DNA of 63,148 nucleotides, the filler included, from Cercozoa sp. M6MM (Eukaryota > Protista > Endomyxa: Ascetosporea): the NCBI GenBank assembly GCA_040357565.1. It is 8 parts of 8 records of this genome, joined end to end, with 100 filler letters (N's around TTAATTAATTAA, not from the genome) between each part and the next. Parts side by side here need not be neighbours in the genome. Positions count along the whole stretch, not along the records: positions 1 to 25,900 come from JBDODJ010000153.1; 7 more parts are not named here. The stretch is one strand, 5' to 3'. Below are positions 1 to 12,959 of the stretch, piece by piece. The notes under the pieces are model-generated. The model was not told where the DNA came from. It ran no database searches and was given only the letters and a program-made list of their open reading frames with translations. The first letter of the stretch is position 1, and each line of letters opens with the position of its first letter. The translations under genes and the position numbers were made by a program.

Positions 1-167
<167 letters not shown>

Positions 168-173
168 TTTTAG

Positions 174-3100
174 ACACACGAGCTTCCCTACCTGACTCGC
201 CGAAATCGGCGCATTGCCCCGGATGTTCAGTCGTGTCTATTACAGGTGAGAAACCAATTCAGACACATGCATAGACGCTCATTCTTTACTTTATCCCCTA
301 CCTCTTTGCCCCTTACTCCCCGTTTTACCTTTACACCCCTGTAGGACGAGCACGATAGAAATCCAGAAGAAAGGGCAGGCTGGCTCAGTTGGTATATGTT
401 TCATCCATGTCGCGTGTTGCGTCGGTATGTGTTTCTACTTAGGCTGTTCTTTCTGTACGTGGATCCCCTTATTTCATTGGGACATCGACGGCCCGTAACT
501 TTGCTTCAGTCCTTTCACCTCTTCATCTGGTGTATACATCTGGTCGATACATGTACCTGTGGACACACTCAGTTGACAAAAGACGATATTTGGGATGCTG
601 CACATTGCGATAATGTCGACTTGAATACTGCGAAGTTGCAGACTTTGTGGAACGAAAGTGCGCCTTCAATGACACTGGCTGCACTGCGTTTCCTTGGTTT
701 ACGGGCAGTAATCATGCTCGTCATTTTGCTTACCAGTCGGTGATTTACATTTGGTTCATTTTAGGTTTAATCGCAGAAGCTGGATGCCGTGTGTGTGTTG
801 AAAACAGAGCATTAAACTTGTTGCCACCGTTGCTGATCGAAAGATTTCTCCAGTGGTACGAGACTGCTGAAAATGCGTCGTCTGGTTGGTACCTTTTCTC
901 GATAAGTGTAGCTAAACCTAAAGCAGCAGCGGTAGTTTCATGGTGTGTGTGTGTGTGTGTGAACAACACAGGACGTACGCTGTACTGCTCGTGGTGTGTC
1001 CCATTGCGGCACAGATCCTCATGTGTCGCTACTTCCATCTGGCAGTGCGGACCTTTGTTCAGATCCGCGCTGCACTGTCAATGCTCTTGTATCGGTACGT
1101 TTCCTGGGGGAGGGTACATGCCGTTTAGTAATCCTCTTCTAAACATAACAGAAAGATGCTCAAATGCGAGAATGCCGACGAAGGCAACGTGCTCAACCTC
1201 GTCGGAACTGATGCAGAGGTATAGCGGGAGTCAAACGCTGTGCACTGTTTCTGCTTTGCTAAAACTTCGAGCACAGAAAACCGGTTCGATGTTACTTACC
1301 TGTCTCGACGTGTTCTCTGCCCCTATTCAAATTGGGCTGGTAACTTATCCTTTGACTCTGCGCGAGAGGGGTAAAGGAAGGAAACGTGTTGTTGTATGAG
1401 TTTCTTGTGAATAGTGTACGTGGTTGCTGTATGAGACGATTGGCGTTGCCTGTTTTTCCGGCTTTGTCATTCTGTTGGTACCAACGCTTCACGCGTCTTA
1501 CATCTCGTCGTGTGTACTGTTGTTGATCGACCAAGGAAGCTCAATTTAGATACTGCTTCCTTTGATGGGTCTCATTGTATCTCGACTCTCAAAACATCAG
1601 CATGTAAGTCGAACAGCCTGGTCTCTTATCATCCCTGGTCAGGTGTAACTGCACGAGTACAGTGGAAAATGGGCAAAGCCGACGCGCGAGTGAAGCTAGC
1701 TCAAGAGATGCTTAGTGGCATGGTACACATCTATATAAATAGACACACGTAGAACGTGCTGTTAAATTAATGTCCGCGAGTATCAGAGAGCTTTGAAGTT
1801 CTTCGCGTGGGAGTTTCGTGCCGCCTCCAGAGGTGCCTTTCGTCCAACTTGGATCAGCTGCTTGAAACTGTTTGCTCTGACTGAGCTTGGGGTGTAGTGA
1901 CGAACGTACGCGAAGAAGAGCTTCGCGAACAGACGCAGATCAACGTGCTCAACGGTGTCATCGTTTTGGTAAAACTGAAACTAGGTTTCTTTGTAGGGAA
2001 AGCGAAACTGAAGGACGAAGTACACTGTGTTGTATAGGTGATGCTGCTGACACCTGTACTAATAACGCTGGTGTCACTCTGCCTCTTTGTCTGGCTGGGC
2101 GGTACTGTGCCTTCGTATGTCTCAGCGTCGTGCATGTGTTTGTTGGGTGTTTTCCGACTTTCACCCTGGGTGTGACAGGCACCTTAACAGTGCCGCTTGT
2201 GTTTCGTGCGCTGGCGTTGTTTGAAGCTCTGCGCATGCCCTTATTTCAACTCCCTTCTGTATATTTACTATCTGTCAGAGTGACTAGACTCTTCTTGCAG
2301 TCGTGATATGTCCGGGTCAATGTTGTAGGCACTGGTTTCACTGGTTCACGGACATGTCAGCGCGAGACGTGTCGCGCGCTTTCTGCAAACGCCCGTGTGC
2401 CGAGAAAACTCAGTTGGGGTGACAGTTGTTCCATTCTGTGTGCTGTCATTCCTGCAACAACCAAAATCAAATTTTTCTGTGATCATAGGACATCATTTCG
2501 GCCACCGAGGCAAAACTAATTTGGTCTGCGAGTGACGCTTTCGCACTGCAGGTCGATTTCTCTGTCGACAAAGGTGCGTCCAGTCAAGTACTATCGAGGA
2601 GGGGATAGCCAGTGGCTAAAGGAGTTGGTTGCATCGATAGGCGAGTTAGTGGCACTTGTTGGTGCTGTCGGCAGTGGCAAAACCTCGCTGCTGCACGCAC
2701 TTCTTGGAGGGTGCGTTGTTATTTTGTCTGTTTATATGATTATATTTGCAAGTGCAGCATGCAGCACGTGGAAGGACGGTTCTGCGTGCCTCGGTAGGTT
2801 CTTGTTGTCTGACTCGCAAGTGTACCTGTAGTTTCGTGTGTAAGTCTCTCCTGCACCGCAGTGACAGGAAGGTTTTCGTGGCACAACGTCCGTGGCTACA
2901 GCACATGTCAGTCCGAGATAACATTTTGTTCGGCTTAGCGATGCGAACTGGAGTCTACCAGCAGTACGTACCTCCTGTGTTGTTGTTGTTGTTGTTTGTC
3001 GCATTGTGTTGCATCTGCAATCAGAGTTATTTACGCATGCGGACTGGTGGAGGATCTGCGTATTCTGCCGCACGGAGATGCCACCATGGTGCGGTCATAT

Positions 3101-4577
3101 GTGGATCGACATGTGTGCATGTGTGTGTGTGTGTGTATGCTGGTTGGTTGACACTAGGTGGGTGACAAAGGAATCACGCTCAGTGGCGGCCAGAAACAAC
3201 GTGTTTCACTTGCTCGGTAATCAGATGCTGTCTACATCACCTTGCATATCGAGATTAATTGAGCTTGTGTTGTAGAGCGACTTACGCTGCACTGTGTCAT
3301 GATGACGATGTTATTGTATCTACCTTTGCTTCTTTTTTCTTAGCACTAATCGCACAGATGAACCTGTGTGTCAGGTCGTGATGGACGACCCTCTATCAGC
3401 ACTCGATGCGCACGTGGCAGCCTCGGTGTTCATGCGTGTGCTTCACAGGGAAACTGGCCTCTTGCGTCACTGTACTCTTTGCTTTGTTCAGTTGTTGGTG
3501 TAAGTTGAGGAAACAGATACACAAGCACCTGTGACTGTCTGTAACTTTAGGTACGAGAGTGGTGTCTCTACAACAACTGCAGTTTCTACCGCACTTTGAC
3601 CAAATTGTTGTTCTCGATGGTACTTGTCTCCGTTTTCGGACGTTGCTTTGTTTATTTAATGTGTTTTTCTGACAGAGGGGAAGACGGTCGGTACCGACAG
3701 CGAAAGCTTTGCGAAACTGATGCATGCTACTGTTGCACACACTCACGTAAACCCACCTCTGCTGGAGATGGCTTGTAGTGATGAATCTGTCTGGAGTCCG
3801 CAGTACTGGTGCTGATTCTTTAGGTGGTGGAACAAGCAGACGCAGAATTCGAGACTAAATGCGAAACTGTCGTCGAAAACAGCGAAGAAGAGGTGTGTGG
3901 TTTCGCATACTAATGAGACTTATTATTTGAGTCGAATGAACAGATATACGAAGGCAATATCGATAACGTCGCCTACTTGGTATAAACTCGCTGCCCATAA
4001 AAGCACATGAGATTGCACATGATGGCTCTGATTTATTGGGTAGGACTACTGGCGATCAATGGGCTCGTTTCTGTCCTTCTCGTTGCCATTTCTCGTCTTC
4101 ATTCTGCTTGGACAGGGTAGTTCTCTCTCAGCACGTGTGTACTCTAGGTGTACTCCTCCTCCTGCTGCAGGCTGCTTTGTGGCGACGCAGTTCGCAGTGT
4201 CGTTTTGGGCTGAAGACTATGTACTACAGTGCTTTATGTCATTATTGCGTGTGTTAACTCGAGTGTAGGCCCACAAAGGCACGCAGTTCTACGCATCGAT
4301 CTACGCGATTCTGGCGCTATGTGCGGCAGTATTCCTCGGTGCTCGTGCACTCCTGTTTGCACTGGGCAGTGTGGTACAGTTTTACCTATGTTCGTGCTTG
4401 TATCGGATGGGGTGGTACCGCATAATGTGTGTTTGTGTGTGTGCGTATGTGTGTGTGTGTGTGTGTGTGTGCAGAGAGCGAGTCGGTGGCACCATGAACG
4501 CATCCTGCAAGGCATCGCCGAGGCACCGGTGTCGCTGTTTGACACGATGCCTATCGGCAGGGTGATTTTTCTTATCC

Positions 4578-4628
<51 letters not shown>

Positions 4629-4638
4629 NNNNNNNNNN

Positions 4639-4715
<77 letters not shown>

Positions 4716-7424
4716 AGATCGATTTCTTGTTTCACTCAACAGATAATCAACCGGTTCTCAAAAGATATCGACTGCATTGACACTCAACTGCCTGTACCAC
4801 ACACTCACCCTTGCTGAACAACTGAGTGAGGTGTGTGTTTCTTCAGGTCATTATGGAGAACGTGATTGCCGTTGCTTGCTTCGTAGCCGGAAACCTGTAG
4901 CCGTCGCTTTGTCCTTAATTGCATCCTTCACTGCCGTCCATTTATTTTCGCTTGCTTTAGAGTGGCGGCAATGTTGGTTCAACCGCCGTTCGTGCTGGCC
5001 ACTGTCGCGGTGCGTCTTTTGGGACACCTGCGTGCGTGCGTGCGTACGCGTGTGTGTGTTTGTGTCCGATTGGATGTTTCTTGTGTAGATTGGAATCATC
5101 TACTTGACTCTGCAGCGCTACTTTTCGTGTGCTGCTATTCAAGTTATTTCCCTTTTCTTCTCCTCTCGTTTTTGAGTTTTATTCAGGACCATATCTCTCT
5201 GATTTTCGTTTTAGGTGCAACGAATTGAAAGTATCTCGCGCACGCCACTCTATTGTCACTTCCAAGTGAGTGTCGAAACTGCAATCTATGGTTTATCATT
5301 TGCATATGGCAACCGTTTGCGCTGTGACCCAGGAGTCAGTGCAGGGCTTGCGCACGATCAGAACGTTTCAGCACCAGCAACGCTTCTGTCGGCGCACCTC
5401 AGAGTACTCAGTTTTCATGGACACACGATGACCACTGGCATGTTGATGTTTTTCTACTGATGTGGTAACTTAGACTGGCCGAAGCGAACTTACAGGCGCT
5501 GTTCCTGCAACGACTCGTGTTTCGCTGGTGCTTTGTTCGAATTGGCTTCATCAACGGCGTTCGTTTTGTTGCTGTGTTCTTAGTGTTGCCACATTTTCTT
5601 AGGAGGGTTGCTTGTAGGGCCTGATCATGGCAGTCATGTCTTTCTTGATTCTGGGACGTCAGTCGAAGATGCGTTCTTCGCTGGCGGGCGTCGCTATCAA
5701 CTCTGTATCGGGAGCATGTATGCTGCTGGGTTTGCTTGTCGTTCTGGCGACTGAGATGAGTCAGGTAAGTTCAGTTTCGTGTTTTGTTTGTTCGAGTTGT
5801 TGTGAAAAACGCAACTGCAGCGAATGAACGCAACTGAGCGCGTTCGTCACTTTGCCTTCAACTTGCCTCGCGAATACAGGTAAGTAAAAATTATATATTT
5901 AACGATGTTTTACTTATTTAAGAGTGTGGTGGATCTAATCTTCCTCCCTCTTGTCAGCGAGGGTGATAAGTGGAATATCACCGAGCAAGGGTCAGTGGCG
6001 AAAGACGAGTCGGAAAGCGATGGCGACGAACTCCCACGAGGACGCGAACTTTGCATTCGCGGGTTGTGTCTGCGTTATCGCCAAGACATGCCGCTCGCGC
6101 TTGATCACATCGTATAGTTTACTCGAGAGTCCTTCCGTACGGCTCTGTGTCGCTGCAGTCTTTTTGTGTAGGATCTCCATATTCGTGCTGGTGAGCACGT
6201 TGGCATCTGCGGTCGCACTGGCAGTGGCAAGGTAAACTTACATCCGTTGGCTTGTTGGATCACTGTATGCACATGTAAAAGTCGTCACTGATGCTCGCAC
6301 TGACACGTTTATACCCAACGTGTCACGGCGTTGTTTTGCTTGACGGCAAGGACACATCCTGTACTTTCTTGGCGCCGTGCTAAGTTGGTTTGTCGGTGTG
6401 CATGGCTGTATGTTGCGTAGCGATGCCGTTGCAGTCATTGCGTAGCAGCATTGCTGTTATTCCACAGGATTCTTTTCTCTTGTAAATTTTACCTTCAACG
6501 GTGTGTACGATATAGGCAGGGTACGTTAATGCAGTTTATTTGATTGATAGTGAAGGAACGCTGAGGGAGAACTTGGATCCATTTAATGATTACGAAGACC
6601 GGGAATTGTACACTCCTGTTGTTTGTCTACTTGGCATCGGTAATGCTTCAAAGTTGTTGCACTCGCAGACGGAACGTCCTTCAACTGGTCCAACTTGAAG
6701 CGTAAATTAACGTTCTGTCACTGCTGGGGTAGAGAGCTATCTTATTAAGTGTCCCTGTGCGAGCGTAGTGTAGCGGAAACATCGGGCTTGTACGAGAAGC
6801 TTGGCACACTCTCGCAGTACAATCTATCTTTCACTCGCCATACCGGACTGAAACTTTACAGGGGGGAAGCTGTGTGCACGCACTGTTGGTTTTTTCTTGA
6901 TAGAGGACAGCGACAGTTGCTGTGTATCGCGCGCGCTCTGTTGAAACGTGCACGCGTGATTCTTATGGACGAGGCCACGAGTGCCGTTGATTCACACACT
7001 GATGCCGTTATTCAAGTAAAAAAAAAACTATAGCAAAGGCTTGTGTGCACATATTTTTTGTTACCCACAGGAGGTGATGAGGGAACATTTTGCTCAAGCA
7101 ACAGTCCTGACGGTGGCGCATCGACTTGGAACCATTGGTACCGTGCTGCTGCTGCTGCCCATATCTGATGACGGATTGTTAAACGACAAATTAAATGTTG
7201 CGGATGCTGTTGCTGGCTCAGTCAACTACGACCGAATCTGCGTGTTGAACGAAGGACGTGTCGTGGAAATCGGCGAGCCTCAATCGCTTTTGCTGCAGGT
7301 TTGTCTGGTTTGAGTATACTTTGCGTCGCACATAAATAAATTGCATTGTTCAATTTGGTGTGCTCAGGTGAACTCTCATTTCCGCCGCATGTTGCAAGCC
7401 GAGACGCAACGACGTCGCAATTAG
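174..7424 (+). CDS. ABCC/MRP-family full-length ABC transporter, 5' partial, roughly 50 GT-AG introns
   Basis: Spliced translation gives lasso motif [38 protein letters not shown]1, NBD1 (GAVGSGKT; [21 protein letters not shown]; [13 protein letters not shown]), TMD2 ([22 protein letters not shown]; [18 protein letters not shown]) and NBD2 (GRTGSGK; [16 protein letters not shown]; [11 protein letters not shown]; TVAHRL). Stop TAG at 7422-7424. Confidence 0.95.
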
Positions 7425-7549
7425 CATACGATAATGTGGACGGATATTTCCGTCGCGTGAAGTTTCTAAAAAAAGTGTCGGGGCAACACAACTTCGCTTG
7501 CGTTGTCCTACTCGACTAACGTCCAGGACCTTAGTAGCCGGGCCCGGGG

Positions 7550-8248
7550 TTAATACTCGGCGTCGCGTCCCAAGTCAAGCGGTACGCTCCTTGGAACAAG
7601 CACAGTAGCATGACCCTTGACCGCAACAGTGCCGTCCGATTTCAAAACTTGAGTGTCCAGCACTGCCATCTGCAAAAACAGCTGGTGGTATGCCATGGCG
7701 CACCTGGATCCGATGACTTACTCGTTTAGACGGGATCAATTTCGACACAGTGACCTTTGCTTGTATGAGCTGAGGGACAGACAAATGTCAGCTCGGTACA
7801 TCCCCAAGCAAGTTGTGAGGTACCTCGTCAACAAAAACTGGAGCAGTGAATTTTAAATCTTGGGCGCAGTAGATGGCACCAGGAACATTCGTACCAATGA
7901 GACCGGAAAACAGTGACGAAGTTAACATTCCTAATTTGATTAGCTGTAGGGACAACAAAGGTATACCGAAGCATACCATGGACAACCCTCCGTCCAAACC
8001 GGCTTTCCGCAGCAACTTCGTCATCGAGATGAAGTGGATTGTGATCGCTCACGAGGTCTGCGAATAAAGCGACATCCTTTGGGCCAAACGTGCGGGTGAC
8101 GGCGAAGCTTCTGTGCATAAATAACAACGGGGGATGTACATTCAAGTATTGTCGCCACGTGTAAGCACACATAGCGTACTTTCACTATGAGTTTATCCTA
8201 CTGGGAGACGTGAAGTGACCGGCATTGGGGACGGCAAAAGCGCAGCAT
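7550..8248 (-). CDS. MaoC-like hot-dog dehydratase, probable mitochondrial 3-hydroxyacyl-thioester dehydratase (HTD2-like)
   Basis: Spliced: MLRFCRPQCRSLHVSQSFAVTRTFGPKDVALFADLVSDHNPLHLDDEVAAESRFGRRVVHGML..SLFSGLIGTNVPGAIYCAQDLKFTAPVFVDE..; hydratase motif D-x-N-P-L-H; Arg-rich, acid-free presequence. Confidence 0.88.
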
Positions 8249-8386
8249 GGAGACAGACTTTCAAAAGCTTCAGTTGCTGTACTGCAGGATCAGTGTGCTT
8301 TAGTGTGTGCAGGCACGTGTGTGCAAACCACAGGGACTAAATTGATCAGTCTGTCGACAGTCTGAGACTAGATTGAAAAAAAAAAA

Positions 8387-9552
8387 CTAGCGATGATGCA
8401 GCTTGGGAAGTGTTCGTGGGCGCCGATCGAGCAGTTCAAATATCGACGTGCGGTGTTCGTCTGCTGCTGGTGGGGTGATGTGCCGCTGTCCATCGCTGTC
8501 TTCTTTGGCCTTTTCACTGAAGCTGTGCTGTGTGGAGACAGCTTCGTCGCTTTCACTGAGAAAGTGGGACTCGGAGTCGGCATCGCTCGAAATGAGGTTG
8601 ACACTGCTCACGGGTCGAATTTTGTCACTCAAGACGCTGACTCGTTGCACGTGGTGCTTGCGAAAAGTCGGTGCGCTAGTTTCGACATGGAAGTCATCAC
8701 CACGCGTTGAGCTTCTTTGCTGTGCACGCTTCGAATCTGCAGCTTTCGCTTTCGTCGCCTGCTGTGGTTTCGCTACACGTACGTTGTTAAGAAGCAAGAC
8801 GGGATACGGAAGAAAGTAGCGCGGGAGAAAGAGCAACATACTCTGTCGTCCTGCCGCCTCTCTTTGGCGCTTGAGTGCCACTCTGTGAGGAACGATTGCT
8901 TGCTGGGGAAGCGGCGCATCCTGCACGGCGTAGCCGCACCGGGCCATGTTGCGCGTCGCTATGTGTAGGCGCAATGAGATATAGCCGCATGAATGCACGC
9001 GAAGCAGCTCTCTTCCAGTCGAGGTGGCCACGATTGAGCTTGAATAGAACTCGGGAGGACTCCCGCGCAGCCACGCCATCAAGCGCTGGCAGAGCGAAGC
9101 ACTGCGCGGAGCGTACAGTTGCACCACATGCGAGTGAGAGCCCGGCTGGGCCGGCAGTCGCTGCGCAGCGTACCCGATCGCTACTGAATGCCCGAAAGCA
9201 TTGATTCGACACACTGTAAGCACGATCTGTGGCCATGCGAAAACGTTGCTCGACTGAAACGTCGCACGCAGCGGCATGTTTAGCGTCTGCACCTTGGTGC
9301 CAATGACACTGGCACCCTGCACTAACTGCGACACGCCACCGCTACTTCCATGCAACTGCGCCCAGTCAGCACCGCTATGGTAGCTGTATTTGACGTACAA
9401 GTTATCCCAACCTCCGCACTAAAACAAGCACACGAGTCACGAAGGGAAAGCAGGCATGGATTTCGGTTTGACTGGAAAATGTGTACCTCAACTGAATCTA
9501 TCTCCCCGTCCAAATAGACCTGAAATACCAACTCAGATTCTTTCCTGCTCAT
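8387..9552 (-). CDS. B9D1: B9 domain ciliary transition-zone protein B9D1/MKSR1 with a low-complexity C-terminal tail
   Basis: MSRKESELVFQVYLDGEIDSVE|CGGWDNLYVKYSYHSGADW..LNMPLRATFQSSNVFAWPQIVLTV..FGHSVAIGY..PGSH..WLRGSPPEF..GRELLRVHSCG matches the B9D1 pattern (FKSTNPYGWPQIVLSV; GREVTRVRSQG). Confidence 0.88.
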
Positions 9553-9738
9553 TGCGTGCTCGGTCTGGTAGTTAAGTTGGGGAGTTCTTTGTGGTAAATG
9601 CAGTGCCAAAAATAACCACTCGTAGATTCGTCCATTCGCGCGGAAGGGAAAATTCGACGAGCATCCCAGATCCCAGGCATTGCTGCTAACCAAAGGTACC
9701 GCTCCCGGACCTGTCGACACAACACCTCTGCAATCCGT

Positions 9739-10802
9739 ATGAATTCTTCCGACGAGCTCAAAGGCATAGAAAACCTGTCCGGCCGGAATCAAGCAGTTCT
9801 CAGCCGGGCCGAAGCGATTCTCAAGATGTCGGCAAGTTTCATTGAACAAACTGCCATGCACTCCGAAACTGACAGTCACAGTTCCTTCGTTAACGATGGA
9901 GAAGAAACCTACGAAGAAAAAGCTGTCTCCGTGGCCACAAGTGATCAAACGGCGGGTGACCGGTTAAAATCAGACCTGGAAAACCAGCCACAGACAGATA
10001 CTGGTGTCGATTTGTCTGCTCAAAATCGCGGCATTTCGACGAGTGTCATCAGCGAATCATCGCGCATGTCGATTGCGTTTTTCCAGGTATGAAGGACTTT
10101 GACGATTTTCTGCTTATGATATACTTCTATGACACCATATATTGTTCTCGATCATGTTTCAGTCACAATGTGATGCGCTGAGGAGACAACTGCAAAACTG
10201 CCAAGATTCGAAAATAGATTGCGAGCAGCGACTCCGACAGTGTGCTAAAAGCAGAGATCTACTGAAACTTGAACTCGAGAAAAGTGCAAAAACTGTTGAA
10301 AGTATCAGGCAGCAGCGCGACGCTGAGCGACGGAGCACTGCCAATATGCGACAAGAACTCAAAGTGACGAAATCGGAAGCACAAGAACTACGCACTGCCG
10401 CTCGCAGTCAGCAGCGTCACACGACCGAAGCGGACTCGGTGAGACGGAGGCTTCGGCAAAGATACGATGCCGCACGCAACGAAGTCGCCGTACTGAAGGC
10501 CAAACTTGTGTCTGAGCGAAACGACCACAAACAAGCCGTAGATGATTTGAAAGCAGAACAACGGGACCTGAAATCACAAGTACGCAGGCTGGAAAGAAGG
10601 TACTGTCGTTTTTCTCCTTTGTTTATAATCAATTGCCGGGATGTGCTCCAGAAGCGACGAGCTAGGCGCGATCTTGCGCAAGCACTTTGAGGTCGTAGCG
10701 ACACAAAACGCACTGATAGAAAACTTGCGCGTGCGAAAAGATGCCGACAACAAAGTAGCAGAGCTAAACAGTACTGTGCAGTCAAGTCTGGAGTTTCTTT
10801 GA
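9739..10802 (+). CDS. Coiled-coil protein, TEX9-like (centriolar/ciliary), 2 introns
   Basis: Long heptad region ending VRRLERRSDELGAILRKHFEVVATQNALIENLRVRK..SLEFL*, which resembles the TEX9 C-terminus as recalled ([26 protein letters not shown]..ALEW). Confidence 0.5.
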
Positions 10803-11233
10803 GAGCTAAATCCTGAGGCCGTTCGTTCTTGCCGAGTCACTGTTCAAGCATGACGACGGTGAACGCAGGTACCAGTGCGATCCCACGCATCAGACGTCAG
10901 CGCCGACTAGTCCGATCTGCTACATCGCGTATCTGCTGTCCTCTACCGTACGAGGTCAGTGTGGAATACTGTATCACTGGCACTGGTAATAAATCAAACT
11001 TAAACTACGCTAAACGCCGTGAGCTTAACCGAACTACTAGTAAACGACTCACCTCGTGTCGAATTTGAAGGGACATGAACGGAATAAAAGCTCGCTGGTT
11101 GCGCGGCCGCGGCGTATCGCGTCGATACGGTGGTCGAGTACGCAATGCGCACATACTCTGGGCAGATCCCCACGACAGAGAGACAAAAGATGCGACGACA
11201 GACGGTGCATTTGGTGACGAGCGTCGGTTCAAG

Positions 11234-12909
11234 TTAGGCGACGTCGATCTTACGCAGGATATCAACACCGCGTTGAGTTTCCTGCTGTCGACGCTCGTCG
11301 AATGCTTGAAACTCCGCACTTGCAACGAACGGAAGAACCTATATTTAAGGAAAGTAACGGGAGTGTTACCAGCTTTGTCTAGCCACGAAAACTCGACAAG
11401 GATCCTGATTTACCGAGTTCTCGGTCACCAGGCAGCGGACTTCCTCAACGACAGCGCGTGTGCGACGAAAAACGTCATCACTCACGAATTCCTACAGGCC
11501 AATTACACTAAGACTGCAAACAGCTCAGAGCAGAATGAGACAAAACGACAGTGTACTGCTGAAGCGTCGTCGTTGTCGAAAGCTTCCAGCAAACCACCGC
11601 GCATTCTCGCGGAAATGTTCACCTCCTTTCTGAGCATAGGAAACATACAGTGCACGTGCATCGAATCTAGCAGAGAAAAGTACGGTGCGTCAGTTCGAAT
11701 GTAGGTGTCAACAATTTTAGCGTAGTCGACGCGCCTAAGTCCAAGCACGCGCCAGTGCAGCTCTCGCATGGCCTACCACGGCATAATTTTGTTGCAAACA
11801 AAGGTGTGTCTGCTTTTGTGCGTGTACAATACTGGGGTAAATTACTTGCAAAAAATCAAGGTTTTCGCGGTTGACCTGCGACTCCACAAACTTCGTGAAG
11901 ATTTCGAGGCAATCTTCGTCCATCGCTAAGTTAATACAAGGTAGCGCGCTGTTTTGTGAAAAGACAAAGAATGTGTATCGGTACCGATGCGATCGAGTGT
12001 CCACATACGCGAGTTGTGCGACACACGCGTCTCTGCGTCGTAGCGAATCCTGGCCAGGATAGCAGCGACGGTTGCGAGCTACAGGACACGCACAGAGATA
12101 GTTTCCTTCGAGATCAAAAGATAGACCCTAGCGTACCAACAGAAGTGAAAAGCATGCAAGTCCTGCTGCAGCGGCTGCTTTGATGCTCTATAACAAGATA
12201 CACGGTACATGACCCAAGCATGCAGTCGCTAAGTTTACGTCTTGCGCGGAACGACGACGTGCAGCCAGTTCTTGGTCACTTTGCTCACGCAGCTCAGTCA
12301 GACGTGCGGATGTGTGTTTCAAGTTCTACTCGGATGCACAAAGTCACGAAATATAGCACTGCACGGACAGGTGAAGCACAGACTTGACGGAAACGTACGG
12401 AGACGTAGCCGGGATCCTGTGCCATGGCAAGAATGGCGTCGCTCGCATTTGCAGACAGAAGGTAGTCGGGATGCTTGCTGGCTTCCGCATGCACCCTATT
12501 GAGACACCTGCGCACGGTACCCAAAGTGTTCTGTGTCAGCACGTACAACAAGATAGGTGAAGTTATGCAAATCGAATCGATCATACTCGATTTGGTGCTC
12601 GAGCACTGTCGGCATAACTTCGTTCAGGTCGTCGGTGAGGATTTTCAAGCGAGCTCTCGCGTTTTTGTCTTGTGACTAAATTAAAAACAGGTTAAAGAAC
12701 ACCAAACTGGCAGGTATCTGGACAATGTGGAGTACAGCGTCGTTGATCTTGGCAGCAAGAGCCGCGAGATTGTCCACAAAACGATCATTGTACGCTCGCC
12801 TGTTTTCAGATGAAAGCTTGAACAGCATAAAAGTTTTCCCAACAGCTTGCGCGTGTAAGTGTACCTCGCAGCGATCGTTCCAATCACCACGTCTTCCGCT
12901 GAGTCTGAG

Positions 12910-12959
<50 letters not shown>

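Noticed and set aside
1291-1302. TACTTACCTG, the U1 snRNA 5' motif
   Set aside because: Lies inside an ABCC coding exon (MLLTCLD) with no U1 stem-loops or Sm site.
4229-4817. ORFs rich in CVCVCV, THTHTH, YIYIYI, ERERER or MYVCMYVC throughout the window
   Set aside because: Translations of intronic microsatellites, not proteins.
11075-11704. 209-aa plus-strand ORF
   Set aside because: Antisense shadow of the RGS exons and 3' region; no recognisable features.
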